Origin: Macrostomum lignano
Taxonomy: Eukaryota
NCBI GenBank assembly: GCA_002269645.1
Contig: NIVC01001249.1
Location: forward strand, 1 to 64,000
Reading direction: 5' to 3'
Length of the DNA: 64,000 nt
Both the position numbers and the translations under genes were made by a program. Below the pieces are notes generated by a model. The model had not been told where the DNA came from, searched no databases, and worked only from the letters and a program-made list of their open reading frames with translations. Positions 27,656-40,845 of this stretch are shown here, piece by piece (the stretch's first letter is position 1; each line of letters opens with the position of its first letter).

Positions 27656-28689
27656 TGGATTGGCCCATCTGAAGGTCCCTGAGTTTTAATGATTGAGCGA
27701 CACATCTGAAGGACCCAGATGAAGTTTAGGAAGCACCAATTATTTTATTAATCCTTATTATTAGGCCTTAAAGTGCAAGTTTCTGCACAGAAAATTTCCA
27801 GCTCAAATTGTCTGCTTATAATCTTGTTTTCAGAATTCCTTTGTATTCAGATTGAATATATCCCTGTTTCACTACTAACGGACCAGCGCTTTGCCTACTT
27901 ATATTAGTAGGCGAAATGCGAAAGGCAGCCGTAATTTATCCTCACTGTGCTTTTCTCCTGTCTATGTGTGGTTCTGCATGACTATAATCTCATTGTCAAT
28001 TTTCCTCCAATCTCCATATTGACTGTTGATATTATTATTTGGCCACTCAACTCTGCGGTGACTTCTCCAGATTTTTAGTCAGCTTCCACACTTTTCAACC
28101 CACCTTTGAAGTTACTTTATTATGCTCATGATGTTGTAATTTGCAGCTTTTTTATCTGATTTCAACATTTTAGAAATTAAATGTTCACAGCTCTACTTAA
28201 AAGCTGCGGAACAGTAGCTAACTTGGCGCATGACGAATAAAATCAATTAAAAAAATCGAGAAAAGGGCAGTGAATTAATGTTCAGAATGTTGCTCTATCT
28301 GTTTGGGGCCAAACTGATTTAATTACTGTTCTGTACATTATTCATTAAGCTGTTTGCCCATAATTTTACCTGTTTTTAGTATTTTTTCTCTGCTGGATTG
28401 AAGCGCTTTAGCCTAGATTAATCCTCGTTTATATATCGGTTCTCCTGTGCGCACAGCCGCCTCTCATGCTGGTGGTGTTCTTCACAACTCATCATTTTTC
28501 TTTCAGCTCTTCAGCTTGACAACTGTGTCATTTGTTCTTGAGCAGGGATGAGGCCGATCTAGCCTATTGCTTGAAGTACACAAAATACACTGACAGACTG
28601 ACACGTGTTTGACAATATAAAATAGGTGTATAAATTTTACTTACAAGTATTTGTTTATATTTGAATTTGTTTGATCCGTGAGTCCAGTG

Positions 28690-29112
28690 AATGGAGAGGG
28701 TGGAGGAGGGTAGAAAGAGGGTGAGAGAGGAGGGTAGAGAGGGAGGGAGGGAGGAGGGTAGAGAGGGAGGGAGGAGGGTAGAGAGGGAGAGGGAGGAGGG
28801 TAGAGAGGGAGGGAGGAGGGTAGAGAGGGTGAGGGAGGAGGGTGGAGAGGGTGAGGGAGGAAGGTAGAGAGGGTGAGGGAGGAGGGTCGAGAGGGTGAGG
28901 GAGGAGGGTGGAGAGGGTGAGGGAGGAAGGTAGAGAGGGTGAGGGAGGAGGGTCGAGAGGGTGAGGGAGGAGGGTCGAGAGGGTGAGGGAGGAAGGTAGA
29001 GAGGGTGAGGGAGGAGGGTAGAGAGGGAGAGGGAGGAGGGTAGAGAGGGAGAGGGAGGAGGGTAGAGAGGGTGAGGGAGGAGGGTAGGGAGAGGGTGAGG
29101 GAGGAGGGTATA
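28690..29112. repeat. 21-bp GA-rich minisatellite
   Basis: GAGGGTAGAGAGGGTGAGGGA-type units. Confidence 0.9.
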
Positions 29113-30029
29113 GGGAGGGATTTTACAGTGAAAAGAATCAACCAATTTTTCTCTAAAGTATTCATCTGAGAACTGTTTCACACTTTAGATGTATATTTAG
29201 TGCAACGAACTACAACTTGGCTCGGATGGCAAGACGGCACTGCCACCAGACCTGAGTCAACAGACTCAACAACGCCAACTGTTAGCTACTTGGCTCACTG
29301 CCAGCCAAGTGAGCTCAGCCATTGAGCGGAGCTCACACGCACAAAGTTAACTGCCCTCATGTCCGTCAACTGTGCTCATCACGTGAGCTGGGGGGGGGGA
29401 TTACCCAACTGTATTTTGCATTGAGACCTGCTATTTGCCTACAGGGGAGGGGGGTTTGGCGACTCACTGCCGCTTCTATAGTTGCTTATTGTACGAGATC
29501 AGCGCGCTTGGCTCAATATCCAGGCCGCGCAGTTCCCGCCTAGCAACCGAGATTGGGATCTAGGACTTGTCAAATAAATATTACCTTGGGGGGGGGCAAT
29601 ATATATCCTAGCTAGAGAGGGCTTCTTCTCAATCAATTTTGTCGACTTAAGTGAGACGGAGCTGTTTGGCAACGAGCCCGCGGAGACCCTTCCTCCCCCA
29701 ACAGCTCACTGGAATTTGTGCCAAACACACAATTGCCAAGCAACTAAACAATGCCCCCCCTGCACACCGGTTGTCGGTTGCATCATTTTGTTTGTTGGGC
29801 GAAAGCAAAAAAAAACGGCTCAGCTCGAACTCGCTAATCTTTTTGAGCTTGTCTGGCCCGGAGTTCCCCTCTCAGGTGCCAAACTATTTTATGGTGCGTT
29901 ACGGTGCCGTTGCTATGGGGACAGCTGTTCCCCTTGAGGAGGGATATAGTAACTTACGGGTTCGGTAGGCTTACGTCGGTCTACATGTAGGGGTGCCTAC
30001 CCTGACTTTTCGAAATGGAATGGAAAGTG

Positions 30030-30635
30030 GGAATTGGGAGAAATCATAAGCGAGAGAATCAGAGGGGAATTGGGATGAATCATTAGAGAGAATCAGAGGG
30101 ATTTGGGATGAATCATTCGAGAGAATCAAAGGGAATTGGGAGAAATCATAAGCGAGAGAATCAGAGGGATTTGGGATGAATCATTAGAGAGAATCAAAGG
30201 GAATTGGGATGAATCATTAGAGACAAAAACAGAGAATCAGAGGGGCATTGGGATAAACCATTAGAGAGGGGATCAGAGGGGCATTTTGATAAACCATTAG
30301 AGAGAAAATCAGAGGGGAATTGGGATAAACCATTAGAGAGAGAATCAGAGGGGAATTGTAATTAATCCTTAGAGAGAATCAGAGAGGAATTATGATGAAT
30401 CATTAGAGAGAGAATCAGAGGGGAATTGGGATAAACCATTAGAGAGAGAATCAGAGGGCCATTGGGATAAACCATTAGAGAGAGAATCAGAGAGGAATTG
30501 TGATGAATCATTAGAGAGAGAATCAGAGGGGAATTGGGATAAACCATTAGAGAGAATCAGAGGGGAATTGTAATTAATCATTGGAATCAGAGAGGAATTA
30601 TGATGAATCATTAGACAGAGAATCAAAGGGGAATT
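30030..30635. repeat. Degenerate ~35-bp minisatellite (GAGAGAATCAGAGGGGAATTGGGATAAACCATTA)
   Basis: Direct inspection. Confidence 0.85.
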
Positions 30636-31404
30636 TTGACAGATCTTAAGGAACCCAAGAAAATAAAAGAATCGTGTTATAAAACTCACGGGGACTGGAT
30701 GAATGCATGTCATTAAACATGGGAAACTCGATCGGAGAAATCGCACATTTCAATTCCAGATCGCACAGAGAGCTTTCAACCCCCTGTCAGACTCCTCCCA
30801 GCTGCAGGCAGCCAAGCACAGATTCTTTAAGCACAGTTTATAAACAATTCCCCAAGTCCACAGATCCCGAAGGGACTTCCCCCTTACAAAATGACACGCG
30901 CTAAACATTGTTGGAAGTGGATTTTGTTTATTTGCCTTCAAGGCAGTATTTATTGATTGTTAATGCCAGTGTGTTCTCTCTCTGTATATTGTTGACGAAA
31001 ATTTGTCGAACTATTTTACTAACCCCTAGAATGCTATTGCTACTTTCGAATTTTGAATCCTAAGATTCCATAGAATTAACTTGGAATTCCAGATTAGTTT
31101 CCAATCCGTGACTTTGCTCGCTTCGATAAGTTGAGCTTAAAAAGTTTACACCGGTTTTGAGTTTGAGTGATGAAGGATTTGGTAGAGCTGCTGGCAACAA
31201 ACTATTGGATTACACAGTCAAGTTTGTGTCTCAACTGATCCAAGCGGCTCAGAAACTGACAGCCTTGGATGGCGGAAAAAATGAAGGGGTCAATTTTTTG
31301 TTTAAACCTTAAGCTAATGAGCTTTCGCGAGTCTGCTGTTCCGTGTTCTGAGTTACAGTTTGAGGATTAGGGAAACTCTGGTTTCTAAAATTCAGGTTCT
31401 TTTG

Positions 31405-32100
31405 CAACTTCAGGATTCATGATACTTCAGGACTGAGAAACTTCAGGATAGTGAAACTTCAGGACTGAGAAACTTCAGGACAGTGAAACTTCAGGACAAT
31501 TAAACTTCAGGACAGTTAAACTTCAGGACAGTGAAACTTCAGGACAGTGAAACTTCAGTAGAGTGAAACTTCAGGACTGAGAAACTTCAGGACCGTGAAA
31601 CTTCAGGACTGTGAAACTTCAGGACAGTGAAACTTCAGGACAGTGAAACTTCAGGACTGTGAAGCTTTAGGACAGAGAGAGAAACTTCAGGACAATTAAA
31701 CTTCAGGACAGTTAAACTTCAGGACAGTGAAACTTCAGGACAGTGAAACTTCAGGACTGTGAAGCTTTAGGACAGAGAGAGAAACTTCAGGACAATTAAA
31801 CTTCAGGACAGTTAAACTTCAGGACAATTAAACTTCAGGACAGTTAAACTTCAGGACAATTAAACTTCAGGACCGTGAAACTTCAGGACTGTGAAACTTC
31901 AGGACAGTGAAACTTCAGGACAGTGAAACTTCAGGACTGTGAAGCTTTAGGACAGAGAGAGAAACTTCAGGACAATTAAACTTCAGGACAGTTAAACTTC
32001 AGGACAATTAAACTTCAGGACCATTAAACTTCAGGACCATTAAACTTCCGGACTGCAAAACTTCAGGACTGAGAAACTTCAGGACAGTTAAGCTTCAGGA
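31405..32100. repeat. 16-bp minisatellite (GTGAAACTTCAGGACA)
   Basis: Direct inspection. Confidence 0.93.
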
Positions 32101-33059
32101 TTCACAAAGCTTCATTTTTATCCAGCCCCTGCGTTTATAATGCATATTGTTTATGAAATTTCAGTTTGAAGAAACTTCGAAATTGCGGGAATGTGAAACT
32201 TGACCGAACCAGGCACTGCAATAGCTTTCAAAACACTGCAGTCCCGTGCCGCTTTACCAAACTCACGGACGCCACCCCCAACCCAATAACAGTCCCCATT
32301 ATTGCACCATCACCGCACTCCAGCTATTCGAGTTTCAATCGATTATTACGTCACCAAAACGACAATTATTCGAAAACAACAATACCCGGAGCAATTGCAT
32401 ATTCGCATTGGAGTTTGCATATCGCACCTCACTATCAAAAAACGTTGTGAAACTCGAATAACTGACTCAAACTGGTGGGCATAGTGAGGCGCTATTCTCA
32501 CCTCGGGGCCGCACAATGGGAATTTGATGATTAATATTTTTATCTAGACGGAACCCCCGCGGCTATTTTTGATGGATTTATGAAAGCCCATTCGTCAGAC
32601 ACAACGGCCAATAAATATTTCATTCCAATATTTGAGCTCATAAAACGGTTATGTTTTTCGTTTTAAAAAATATCATAATAATAGAAAATATGTTTGCTTG
32701 AGTCCGATCAGTGAAATTTGAGCTGCCACTTCGTAGATCTTCGAGTTGATAGACCTGAGATACCTCCGGGAATGACTGTAAGCTTTTATTGACTCGATCG
32801 AGCTGTGGTTTATCAACACCGAATTTTGATCTGTTGATTCTCTGCTCGCTACTGAAATTCCACCTTTGTCGGCTGAGCTCGGGATCAGATGCAACCGGGG
32901 GGTCATTGTGTTTGTGGGCCTTGGCTGTTTGTCTGTTTTGTGTGATTATTGAGCACGCTAGGTGAGAGTGAGATAGAGATGTGAGAGAGATTGGAGAAAC
33001 TAGAAGCCATTAGAAAGATATTAGACACACAGGTTGCGATTCTATGGTTAAGGTTAGAG

Positions 33060-33305
33060 AAGCACGGAGAGATTAGAGAATCAGGGAGAGATTAGGGAAG
33101 CAGGGAGAGATTAGAGAATCAGGGAGAGATTAGAGAAGCAGGGAGAGATTAGAGAAGCAGGGAGAGATTAGAGAAGCAGGGAGAGATTAGAGAAGCAGGG
33201 TGAGATTAGATAAGCAGGGAGAGATTAGATAAGCAGGGAGAGATTAGAGAAGCAGGGAGAGATGATTAGAGAAACATGAAGAGATTAGAGAAGCAGGGAG
33301 AGATT
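33060..33305. repeat. 19-bp minisatellite (GATTAGAGAAGCAGGGAGA)
   Basis: Direct inspection. Confidence 0.9.
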
Positions 33306-35261
33306 GGAAAACATTTTCCTGTTGTTTTTCATATACCTGAGCAGCATGGAACTGCGAGTGTGCCCTAACAGAGCTAGATTGCGGATTCGAACACCCAGTA
33401 ACCCGCTGAGCAGAGAATGAGCACAAACAGTTTGCCATATCTGCAACACCTTTATTGATTTTATCCCCTAGGGAGTCTAAGATCCTCGCCTTAAACGGCC
33501 CCAGCTGTGAGCAAGCATTTGCAGAGCTATTCCGTGCCGGTTTGGACCGGGTTAATTACCTCAACACCTCTACAGGTGGCATTCCGCAGCACACGGTGCA
33601 AATCTCAGTTGGCTTTTGATGTTTGCCGACCAGCCGCAGCGAGACGGACCACCCGCTGCGACTGTCAATGCTGACTGGCCATTGCAGCCCTTGAGCGCAG
33701 GTGCAGGATCTGTAGGTAATTTTCGAAATCAGAATTTTTTTATAACTGCAAATTCGTTTTGCAAATTTGTTTGTTTGATCTCGTTGCCGCGGTGCACCTG
33801 TGCCTCTGGCCCGAATTCATGTTGACAGTTTCCCAGAACTAATTTGAGCGTGAAAAGTCAGTGAATGAAAAGGCAAATTTATTTATTGAAATTCGCATTC
33901 TGTATCCATGCCAAAATATGACATTGTTCGCATTGCCGAACACGTCAAGTTTGATTCCTTTGTCGACATTTTTCAGTTCAGATGCCGCCCGTATTGTAAG
34001 CTGACACCATGTCAGCTCCAAGAGCACAGGACTCGTCCGCATCTAATTAAGAGAATTGTTGTGCTGCACGCTTGATGGCTTTGACCATTTTTTTTATCTT
34101 CTGTGACTTTTGGCCTGCAATTGCTGCATGGCTTGGTAACCAACGACACAGATCGAGACAGCGATAGTGGCCCGTGAAGGGAGGGTTCCTAACTAACCAA
34201 TATGGCTGCGCCCGATGAGAAATGGAGAGGGGAATAGAATAGAGATGGTAGAGTAGAGATGAGAGAGTAGGGATGGTAGAGTAGAGATGGTAGAGTAGAG
34301 ATGTGAGAGTAGAGATGGTAGAATAGAAATTGGAGAGTAGAGATAGGAAAGTAGATATGAAAGAGTTGAGATGGGAGAATAGAGATAGGAAAGTAGAGAT
34401 GGAAGAGTACAGATGGAAGAGTAGAGATGGGAAAGGCGATATGAGAGATGAGAGATCTGAGATCTGAGAGAAGAGATGAGAGAAAATGAAGCTAAACAGA
34501 CAGTTTTTTGACGAAAATGATACTGGAAGGACATGGAAAAGTAAAAAAAGTATAAAACACGAGAACAGCACAGGGGAATTTCAGTTTTGAGGTCATGATG
34601 TTGTCGATATCAAGTTGAAAATTTTGCAATGCTCAGCCATAAGAGGTGGAGTTGAGATATTGACTGTTAAATCTCGCTAAAACAATCCTGCATTGTCAAA
34701 TGTATTGCGTAACGGATCACTGTGTGCCCTCAGCGCAGATTGTTCAGAAAGAGGCGGACTGTGCTCAGTTGAGCATCTAGCGATCGCACATTGGGACGCA
34801 TCAACTTTCACCCTTGCAGCAGCGGTTGGTTCAGTTAGCTTTAGCGATGATATCTCAAGTTCCTGTCTCAACTCTTATCTATCAGATTGCCTGTATAGAA
34901 CGTATTTCGCACCTTGAGTTCAGCACAGTTTCACACCTTTCGGCTCCCACTAGCTATAGCATTGGCGCATTCCACATATTTTTCCATCTGGTGCTAGAAA
35001 GTATCAACCTTGGCCATCTAGAGCAGTTTTTGATATCACTGCACATTGAATTGAACAGAACTGGCAAGTTCGCACCTCTCAAACTCCACCAGGGTTCGGT
35101 TATGCGAATTCCGTTTGCTTCATGCAGCTGCGTGCGATTCGGAATCCAGGACTCTGACTGCTTGGGTTGAAATTTTGCCGCAGCTGGTGCTGGCTGGTCT
35201 TCCCTAGAGCGGAGAGGGGAGAGGGGATCCAGGGAGAGAAAAATATGAAGTATAGTCTGAG

Positions 35262-35890
35262 GAGACAGTAGACACGGGAGAGAGTAGACAGGGGGAGAGA
35301 GTAGACAGGGGAGAGAGTAGACAGGGGAGAGAGTAGACAGGGGAGAGAGTAGACACGGGAGAGAGTAGACAGGGGGAGAGAGTAGACAGGGGAGAGAGTA
35401 GACAGAGGAGGGAGTAGACAGGGGAGAGAGTAGACAGGGAAGAGAGTGGGGAGAGAGTATATACAAGACAGAGAATAGACAGAGGAAAGAGTAGACATGG
35501 AGAGAGAAAATAGAGAGAGTAGCTACAGGGGAGAGAGTAGATACAGGGGAGAGAGTAGATACAGGGGAGAGAGTAGATACAGGGGAGAGAGTAGATACAG
35601 GGGAGAGAGAGTAGATACAGGGGAGAGAGTAGATAGAAGAGAGAGATAGTAGACAATGGAGAAAGTAGACAGGGGAGAGAGTAGACAGAGGTGAGAGTAG
35701 ACAGCAAGAAAGAATATACAGGGAGAGAGTAGACAGAGGTGAGAGTAGACAGCAAGAAAGAATATACAGGGAGAGAGTAGATACAAGGGAGAGAGTGGGG
35801 GAGAGTAGAAAGCGTAGAGAGTAGACAGGGGAGAGAGTAGGTAAAAAGGAGAGAGATATTAGCCAGGGGAAGGGAGAGGGTAGACAGAGA
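35262..35890. repeat. ~18-bp GA-rich minisatellite (GAGAGAGTAGACAGGG)
   Basis: Direct inspection. Confidence 0.88.
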
Positions 35891-36218
35891 AGTAAAATGC
35901 AACTTATACAGGCAGAGACCACAATAATTTGAACTGCCATCACCCATCATCCATACAACTTCAATGGGGAAATGAATTATAAACAATGGAAGCACTACAA
36001 TCAGCAACGGAAATTTGAATTAAGATGTATTAAAGGAATAGTGGCAATTTTCTAAATTCATAATTAGCAAATATGTGTTAGTGTTATTAGCTAATTAGTT
36101 TTTATTATAGACTTCGTGTTTAATTAAAGCGGGTCAAGTCGGTCGGAAAGGCCAGTGAAAGTGAGGGTAGAGCCGTAGAGGAGTGACTGCGAGAGACAGG
36201 ACGCAAGGTCGGGCTCTC

Positions 36219-36288
36219 ATTGGCTGACAAGACGCTGGACAGCTCCTATTGGCTGGCCACAATCGAGCGATACGAGTTGGGCTATAAA
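36219..36288 (+). promoter_or_regulatory. Pol II promoter of the PDZ gene: two inverted CCAAT boxes plus TATA
   Basis: ATTGG at 36219 and 36248, TATAAA at 36283. A donor CTG|gtaaga at 36449/36450 and an acceptor cgcgcag before the ATG at 37296 imply a non-coding first exon. Confidence 0.55.
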
Positions 36289-36514
36289 GCCTGGAGGCGG
36301 GTCCGCGGCTTTTGCTCTGCACTCACCCTGTTTCTCCTTTACTGCCCAGTCCAGATATTTACATTCTATTGGCATAATCATCAAATTGATCCAGGCTTTA
36401 ACGTCGGGTATATTTCGATTTGCAAGCTTTGATTCTTCATATATAACTGGTAAGATAATTATCTGCTTTCTCATTGCTTTTAATTTGCTGTCACACTTTG
36501 TTTATCGATCTATC

Positions 36515-37130
36515 TCGTATGGACTCTCACAGTTTGTCTGTCAATCTATCTGCTCGGACTCTCACAGTTTGTCTGTCAATTTATCTGCTATGGACTCTCA
36601 CAGTTTGTCTGTCAATCTATCTGCTATGGACTCTCACAGTTTGTCTGTCAATTTATCTGCTATAGACTCTCACAGTTTGTCTGTCAATCTATATGCTTCG
36701 GACCCTCACAGTTTGTCTGTCAATCTATCTGCTTCGGACCCTCACAGTTTGTCTGTCAATCTATCTGCTTCGGACCCTCACAGTTTGTCTGTCAATCTAT
36801 CTGCTTTAGACTCTCACAGTTTGTCTGTCAATCTATCTGCTTCAGACTCTCACAGTTTCTGTCAATCTATCTGCCATGGACTCTCACAGTTTGTCTGTCA
36901 ATCTATCTGCTACGGACTCTCTCAGTTTGTCTGTCAATCTATATGCTTCGGACCCTCACAGTTTGTCTGTCAATCTATATGCTTCGGACCCTCACAGTTT
37001 GTCTGTCAATCTATCTGCTTCAGACTCTCACAGTTTGTCTGTCAATCTATCTGCTTCAGACTCTCACAGTTTGTCTGTCAATCTATCTGCTTCAGACTCT
37101 CACAGTTTCTGTCAATCTATCTGCCATGGA
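36515..37130. repeat. 36-bp minisatellite (CTCACAGTTTGTCTGTCAATCTATCTGCTTCGGACT)
   Basis: Direct inspection; lies in the inferred 5'UTR intron. Confidence 0.93.
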
Positions 37131-37295
37131 CTCCCGTCGTTTCTCACTGTCTCTCCAAAGAGTCCAAATGTCTATCGATCTGTTCTATGGCTTTTTAAAT
37201 CTTTAAACCAGCCTCATCAGCTCACATTAGTCAGCAACAGAGCAAGGTTTCTTATCTTTTAACTCCCCCCGTTCTCCAACGCGCAGAGTGCAGCC

Positions 37296-37720
37296 ATGCT
37301 CGCCACCACGCCGCAGCCGCATCAGCCGCCGCCGCCGCCACAGCTAGCGCAGTCGCTGGTCACCACCCTGCGCTTGGACGGTAGCAACGCGATTGGCAGC
37401 CGACAGCAGCAGCGCCAGCAGCCGCTGCGAGTCGACCACAGCCTGTTGCTGCCCGCCGTCTGCAGTCGGAAGCGTCGACAGTCCTCAAGTGAAGAGTCTT
37501 CGCCTCCACCGACGGCCCCGGCAACCCCGGCCAAGATGGCGCGCCTTCGCCCTGCCGCCCCCGCCATCGCCACCAACCCGCACTACCGGCGCCGATCCCA
37601 GCTGCTGGCGCCGGCACCAGCGCCGGCCGTATCGACATCGTCGCCAAGCCCAAAAAGCTCCGGCTGTTGCGACGCGCAGACCAGCCCGACGAGGCCGCAG
37701 GCACCGCCGATGCCGCCGCC

Positions 37721-37771
<51 letters not shown>

Positions 37772-38220
37772 GAAGACTCCCCTGGGCGGCTGGGCGCGGT
37801 CAGCGCGCCATCGAATCGCTTCACGCATCCGCCGAAGCCTCAGCGCCTCCAGGCTGGCCGCTGCTGCCACCACTGCTGCCGTCTCTCCCGCCGCCGCCGC
37901 CACCACCTGCAGCGCTAGCGACATCGGCGGACGGGCGGAGACGCCCAAACGGCGCCAGAAGTCGTCCTCGCTGCACCGTTTGATGCAGCGGCTCGCCGGC
38001 ACTCCAACGTCGGCAAAAAAGCCGCGCCAGCCGGTGTCAGCGTCGAGCGTAGCGTCGGCTGCGTCGTCTCCCTCGACGACGCCGTCAACTGTGACGGCGA
38101 GGGCGTCGCCACGAGGTCGCGTGCTGCGACTTGGCGCTGACGGGACTCGCCTGGTTCGACTGCAGCGGCCGCGCGGCGCCAGGTTCGGCTTCTTTGTTGC
38201 CAGGCGGCAGCCGCATGGAG
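37296..38220 (+). CDS. PDZ-domain protein, coding exon 1 (Pro/Gln/Ser-rich N-terminus plus first PDZ strands); KIAA1614/Par6-like PDZ
   Basis: ATG in GCAGCCATG context, poly-Q. RGRVLRLGADGTRLVRLQRPRGARFGFFV is the PDZ carboxylate-binding loop; donor GGA G|gtgaga. Confidence 0.75.
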
Positions 38221-38228
38221 GTGAGAAA

Positions 38229-38582
38229 TCAATTACAGACAGTTGCAGTCAATTACAGACAGTTGCAGTCAATTACAGACAGTTGCAGTCAATTACAGAC
38301 AGTTGCAGTCAATTACAGACAGTTGCAGTCAATTACAGACAGTTGCAGTCAATTACAGACAGTTGCAGTCAATTACAGACAGTTGCAGTCAATTACAGAC
38401 AGTTGCAGTCAATTACAGACAGTTGCAGTCAATTACAGACAGTTGCAGTCAATTACAGACAGTTGCAGTCAATTACAGACAGTTGCAGTCAATTACAGAC
38501 AGTTGCAGTCAATTACAGACAGTTGCAGTCAATTACAGACAGTTGCAGTCAATTACAGACAGTTGCAGTCAATTACAGATAG
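38229..38582. repeat. Near-perfect 20-bp minisatellite (AATTACAGACAGTTGCAGTC), ~18 copies, intronic
   Basis: Direct inspection. Confidence 0.97.
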
Positions 38583-38674
38583 TTGCTCAGTTTGGTACTT
38601 ACTCAAACTACTCAGAGTAATAGCAGCAGATGCAGAATTCTCAAAACACATCATCACTCCTCACCGCCATGCAG

Positions 38675-38862
38675 CAGTGTTCGTGAGCCGTTTCAACGAC
38701 GCCAAGGACCAGCTGCGCTATCAGTCTGTGCTCTGCGTCGGCGACCAGATCCTGGAGATCCAGGGACTCCCAACCGATGCCATGGACCTCGCTGACATTT
38801 GCAGTTCCATCGCCGACTGTCGGACTCTCGTGCTTCGGGTGCGCAGCGAGTTTGCCTGGTAG
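38675..38862 (+). CDS. PDZ-domain protein, coding exon 2 (C-terminal half of PDZ)
   Basis: Tandem acceptor gcag|cag| (38675 or 38678, both in frame). VFVSRF...VLCVGDQILEIQG...LVLRVR contains the PDZ GD.ILE.NG-type motif; stop TAG at 38860-38862. Confidence 0.8.
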
Positions 38863-39055
38863 CCCACCTGGGACGGGGGTCACGGGTTTGATTCCCGACG
38901 AGACGTGCGCCTCGTAGCATTTTTTAAATTGCCTTTTTTAACCCAGAAGTAACTGTAAACAGTTATATAGATACATGTAGTTTTAATTCCACTATGCATG
39001 TCATTTGTACAGATTTTATTACCTTTGTTTCTTCACCTATCGATGTATGCTCATT

Positions 39056-39146
39056 GTTTGTACTCCATGGCCTTGTACTCCATGGCCTTGTACTCCATGG
39101 CCTTGTACTCCATGGCCTTGTACTCCATGGCCTTGTACTCCATGGC
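39056..39146. repeat. 15-bp tandem repeat (TTGTACTCCATGGCC) x ~6
   Basis: Direct inspection. Confidence 0.9.
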
Positions 39147-39704
39147 TCAATTTTAAACACCCTACCCTACCATAGCAAATTTGTTCGTTCCATAGCCTAT
39201 TAAAATATATTTGTGATTAAATGTCGAAATAACAACTAAAGTATTAGGTAGTTAAATTAAAATTTAAATATTTTTGTTTGTTTTATATATAATTCACTTT
39301 CTTTTTATTTAAAGACTTGAATATATATCGATGTAGGGGTCTGGCTCGTCAACTCCCGACCGTCAAGTACTGGTATTGTACATGTAATGTGATGCATATA
39401 CGTTGTACATTATAACTACGAAGTACATGTATATTAATGATACATATCATGTCATGAAAGATGCGAATGTCTTTGTAGTCGTTTGATATGCTATGGTTCA
39501 TATGGCCATGGCTTACCTGCATGGCTGCATGGTCAAAATGCGCTGCAACAACAGCAGCAGAATAAGCTAGCTGTCAGGCTCATCTGAAGGTCAAACGGTG
39601 CACATATAGCGTCAGCCAGCAGGCAGTCGACAAAACGCTGCAGCATCAGTAGAAGCACCTGCACCCGGCTGCGGGCAGTGGGACTCGGCGCCAGCAGACC
39701 GCCT

Positions 39705-39850
39705 ACGGGACGTTTGCCAGCTGACGTTTTGCCAGCCGACGTTTTGCCAGCCGACGTTTTGCCAGCCGAAGTTTGCCTGCGGGACGTTTGCCAGCCGATG
39801 TTTTGCCAGCCGACGTTTGCCTGCGGGACGTTTGCCAGCCGGACATTTGC
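39705..39850. repeat. 15-bp tandem repeat (GACGTTTTGCCAGCC)
   Basis: Direct inspection. Confidence 0.85.
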
Positions 39851-40773
39851 AGGCGGCAATTGGTTAAAAAAGTCTGCCCTCTCTAGGCTTACATGTATAC
39901 TTTCATTTGAAAGCTGTGGACCTCGCTCCCTACTACTGCTATAAAATATACAGGTTACTAACTGTTCAGGCTTATTGAAGTTATTGCTCTTGTCTGAGTA
40001 AATAGGATGGTAAAAATACAAAATAGAAGTTTCCATGGTCACAGTTGATGTCTATGAATGCCATGGAATGGCCCTTTTCCATCTCAGTGGCTAAGCAAGC
40101 TAAGTGTTTTTACAAGCTAAATGGGAAAAGACTGAGACATCCATAATGGTATTGGCTTAGTCTCGCCTATTATATTAACTCATATTATATTAACTCAAAA
40201 GCCAAACTCTGCTTAACGGAGTTTTGGCCATGACAGCGTGCACTTGACAAGCTGCATTGGAATTAATTCGCTTACTTTTGGATCTCCCAATGGACTGGGA
40301 AATATATAAGCCAGAATTATCGTTTAGCAGGTCTTTTATTTGATCAAAACTTTTATTTTGAGCATCTTTTATTTGCTCAAAGCTCCCGTCTAAATTTGCG
40401 TTGCCTTCATTCGCAAGTCAAACATCAAACATCTCAAACTAGAAAAAGCGATACAAAACTGTCAGAATCAGAAGTAAACTTTGTAGTATTTTCACATAGG
40501 GTTTGTAATTGTGCTAAATGATAAAAAAGGTCATTCGCTTGTCTACAAGCTAGTCTAGTGTAAGAAAGAGCCACGATTTGCAATTTGCATTTCCGTGCTT
40601 TCGGGTCGGGTGATTAGGTCACTGAGTCTCTGAGCCTGAGTGGAGACTGGTTCCGCCGGACGACACGCACGCATTATTTATGATTGATAATTAAGCCCCA
40701 GACTTCGTTCAATCAGCTCTTAAGGTAGGATTTTTAAACTATAAAACCATAATTATGGCCTCCTTCCCACAGC

Positions 40774-40845
40774 GGTCCCATGGTGTAGCGGTTAGCACTC
40801 AGGACTCTGAATCCTGCGACCCGAGTTCGAGTCTCGGTGGGACCT
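40774..40845 (+). tRNA. tRNA-Gln-CTG: tRNA-Gln (anticodon CTG)
   Basis: 72 nt; acceptor stem GGTCCCA/TGGGACC, anticodon arm CAGGA-CT-CTG-AA-TCCTG, T-arm GAGTTCGAGTCTC, followed by an oligo-T Pol III terminator. Confidence 0.97.

Noticed and set aside
38860-38910. B-box-like GGTTTGATTCCC after the PDZ stop codon
   Set aside because: No cloverleaf or A box could be built.
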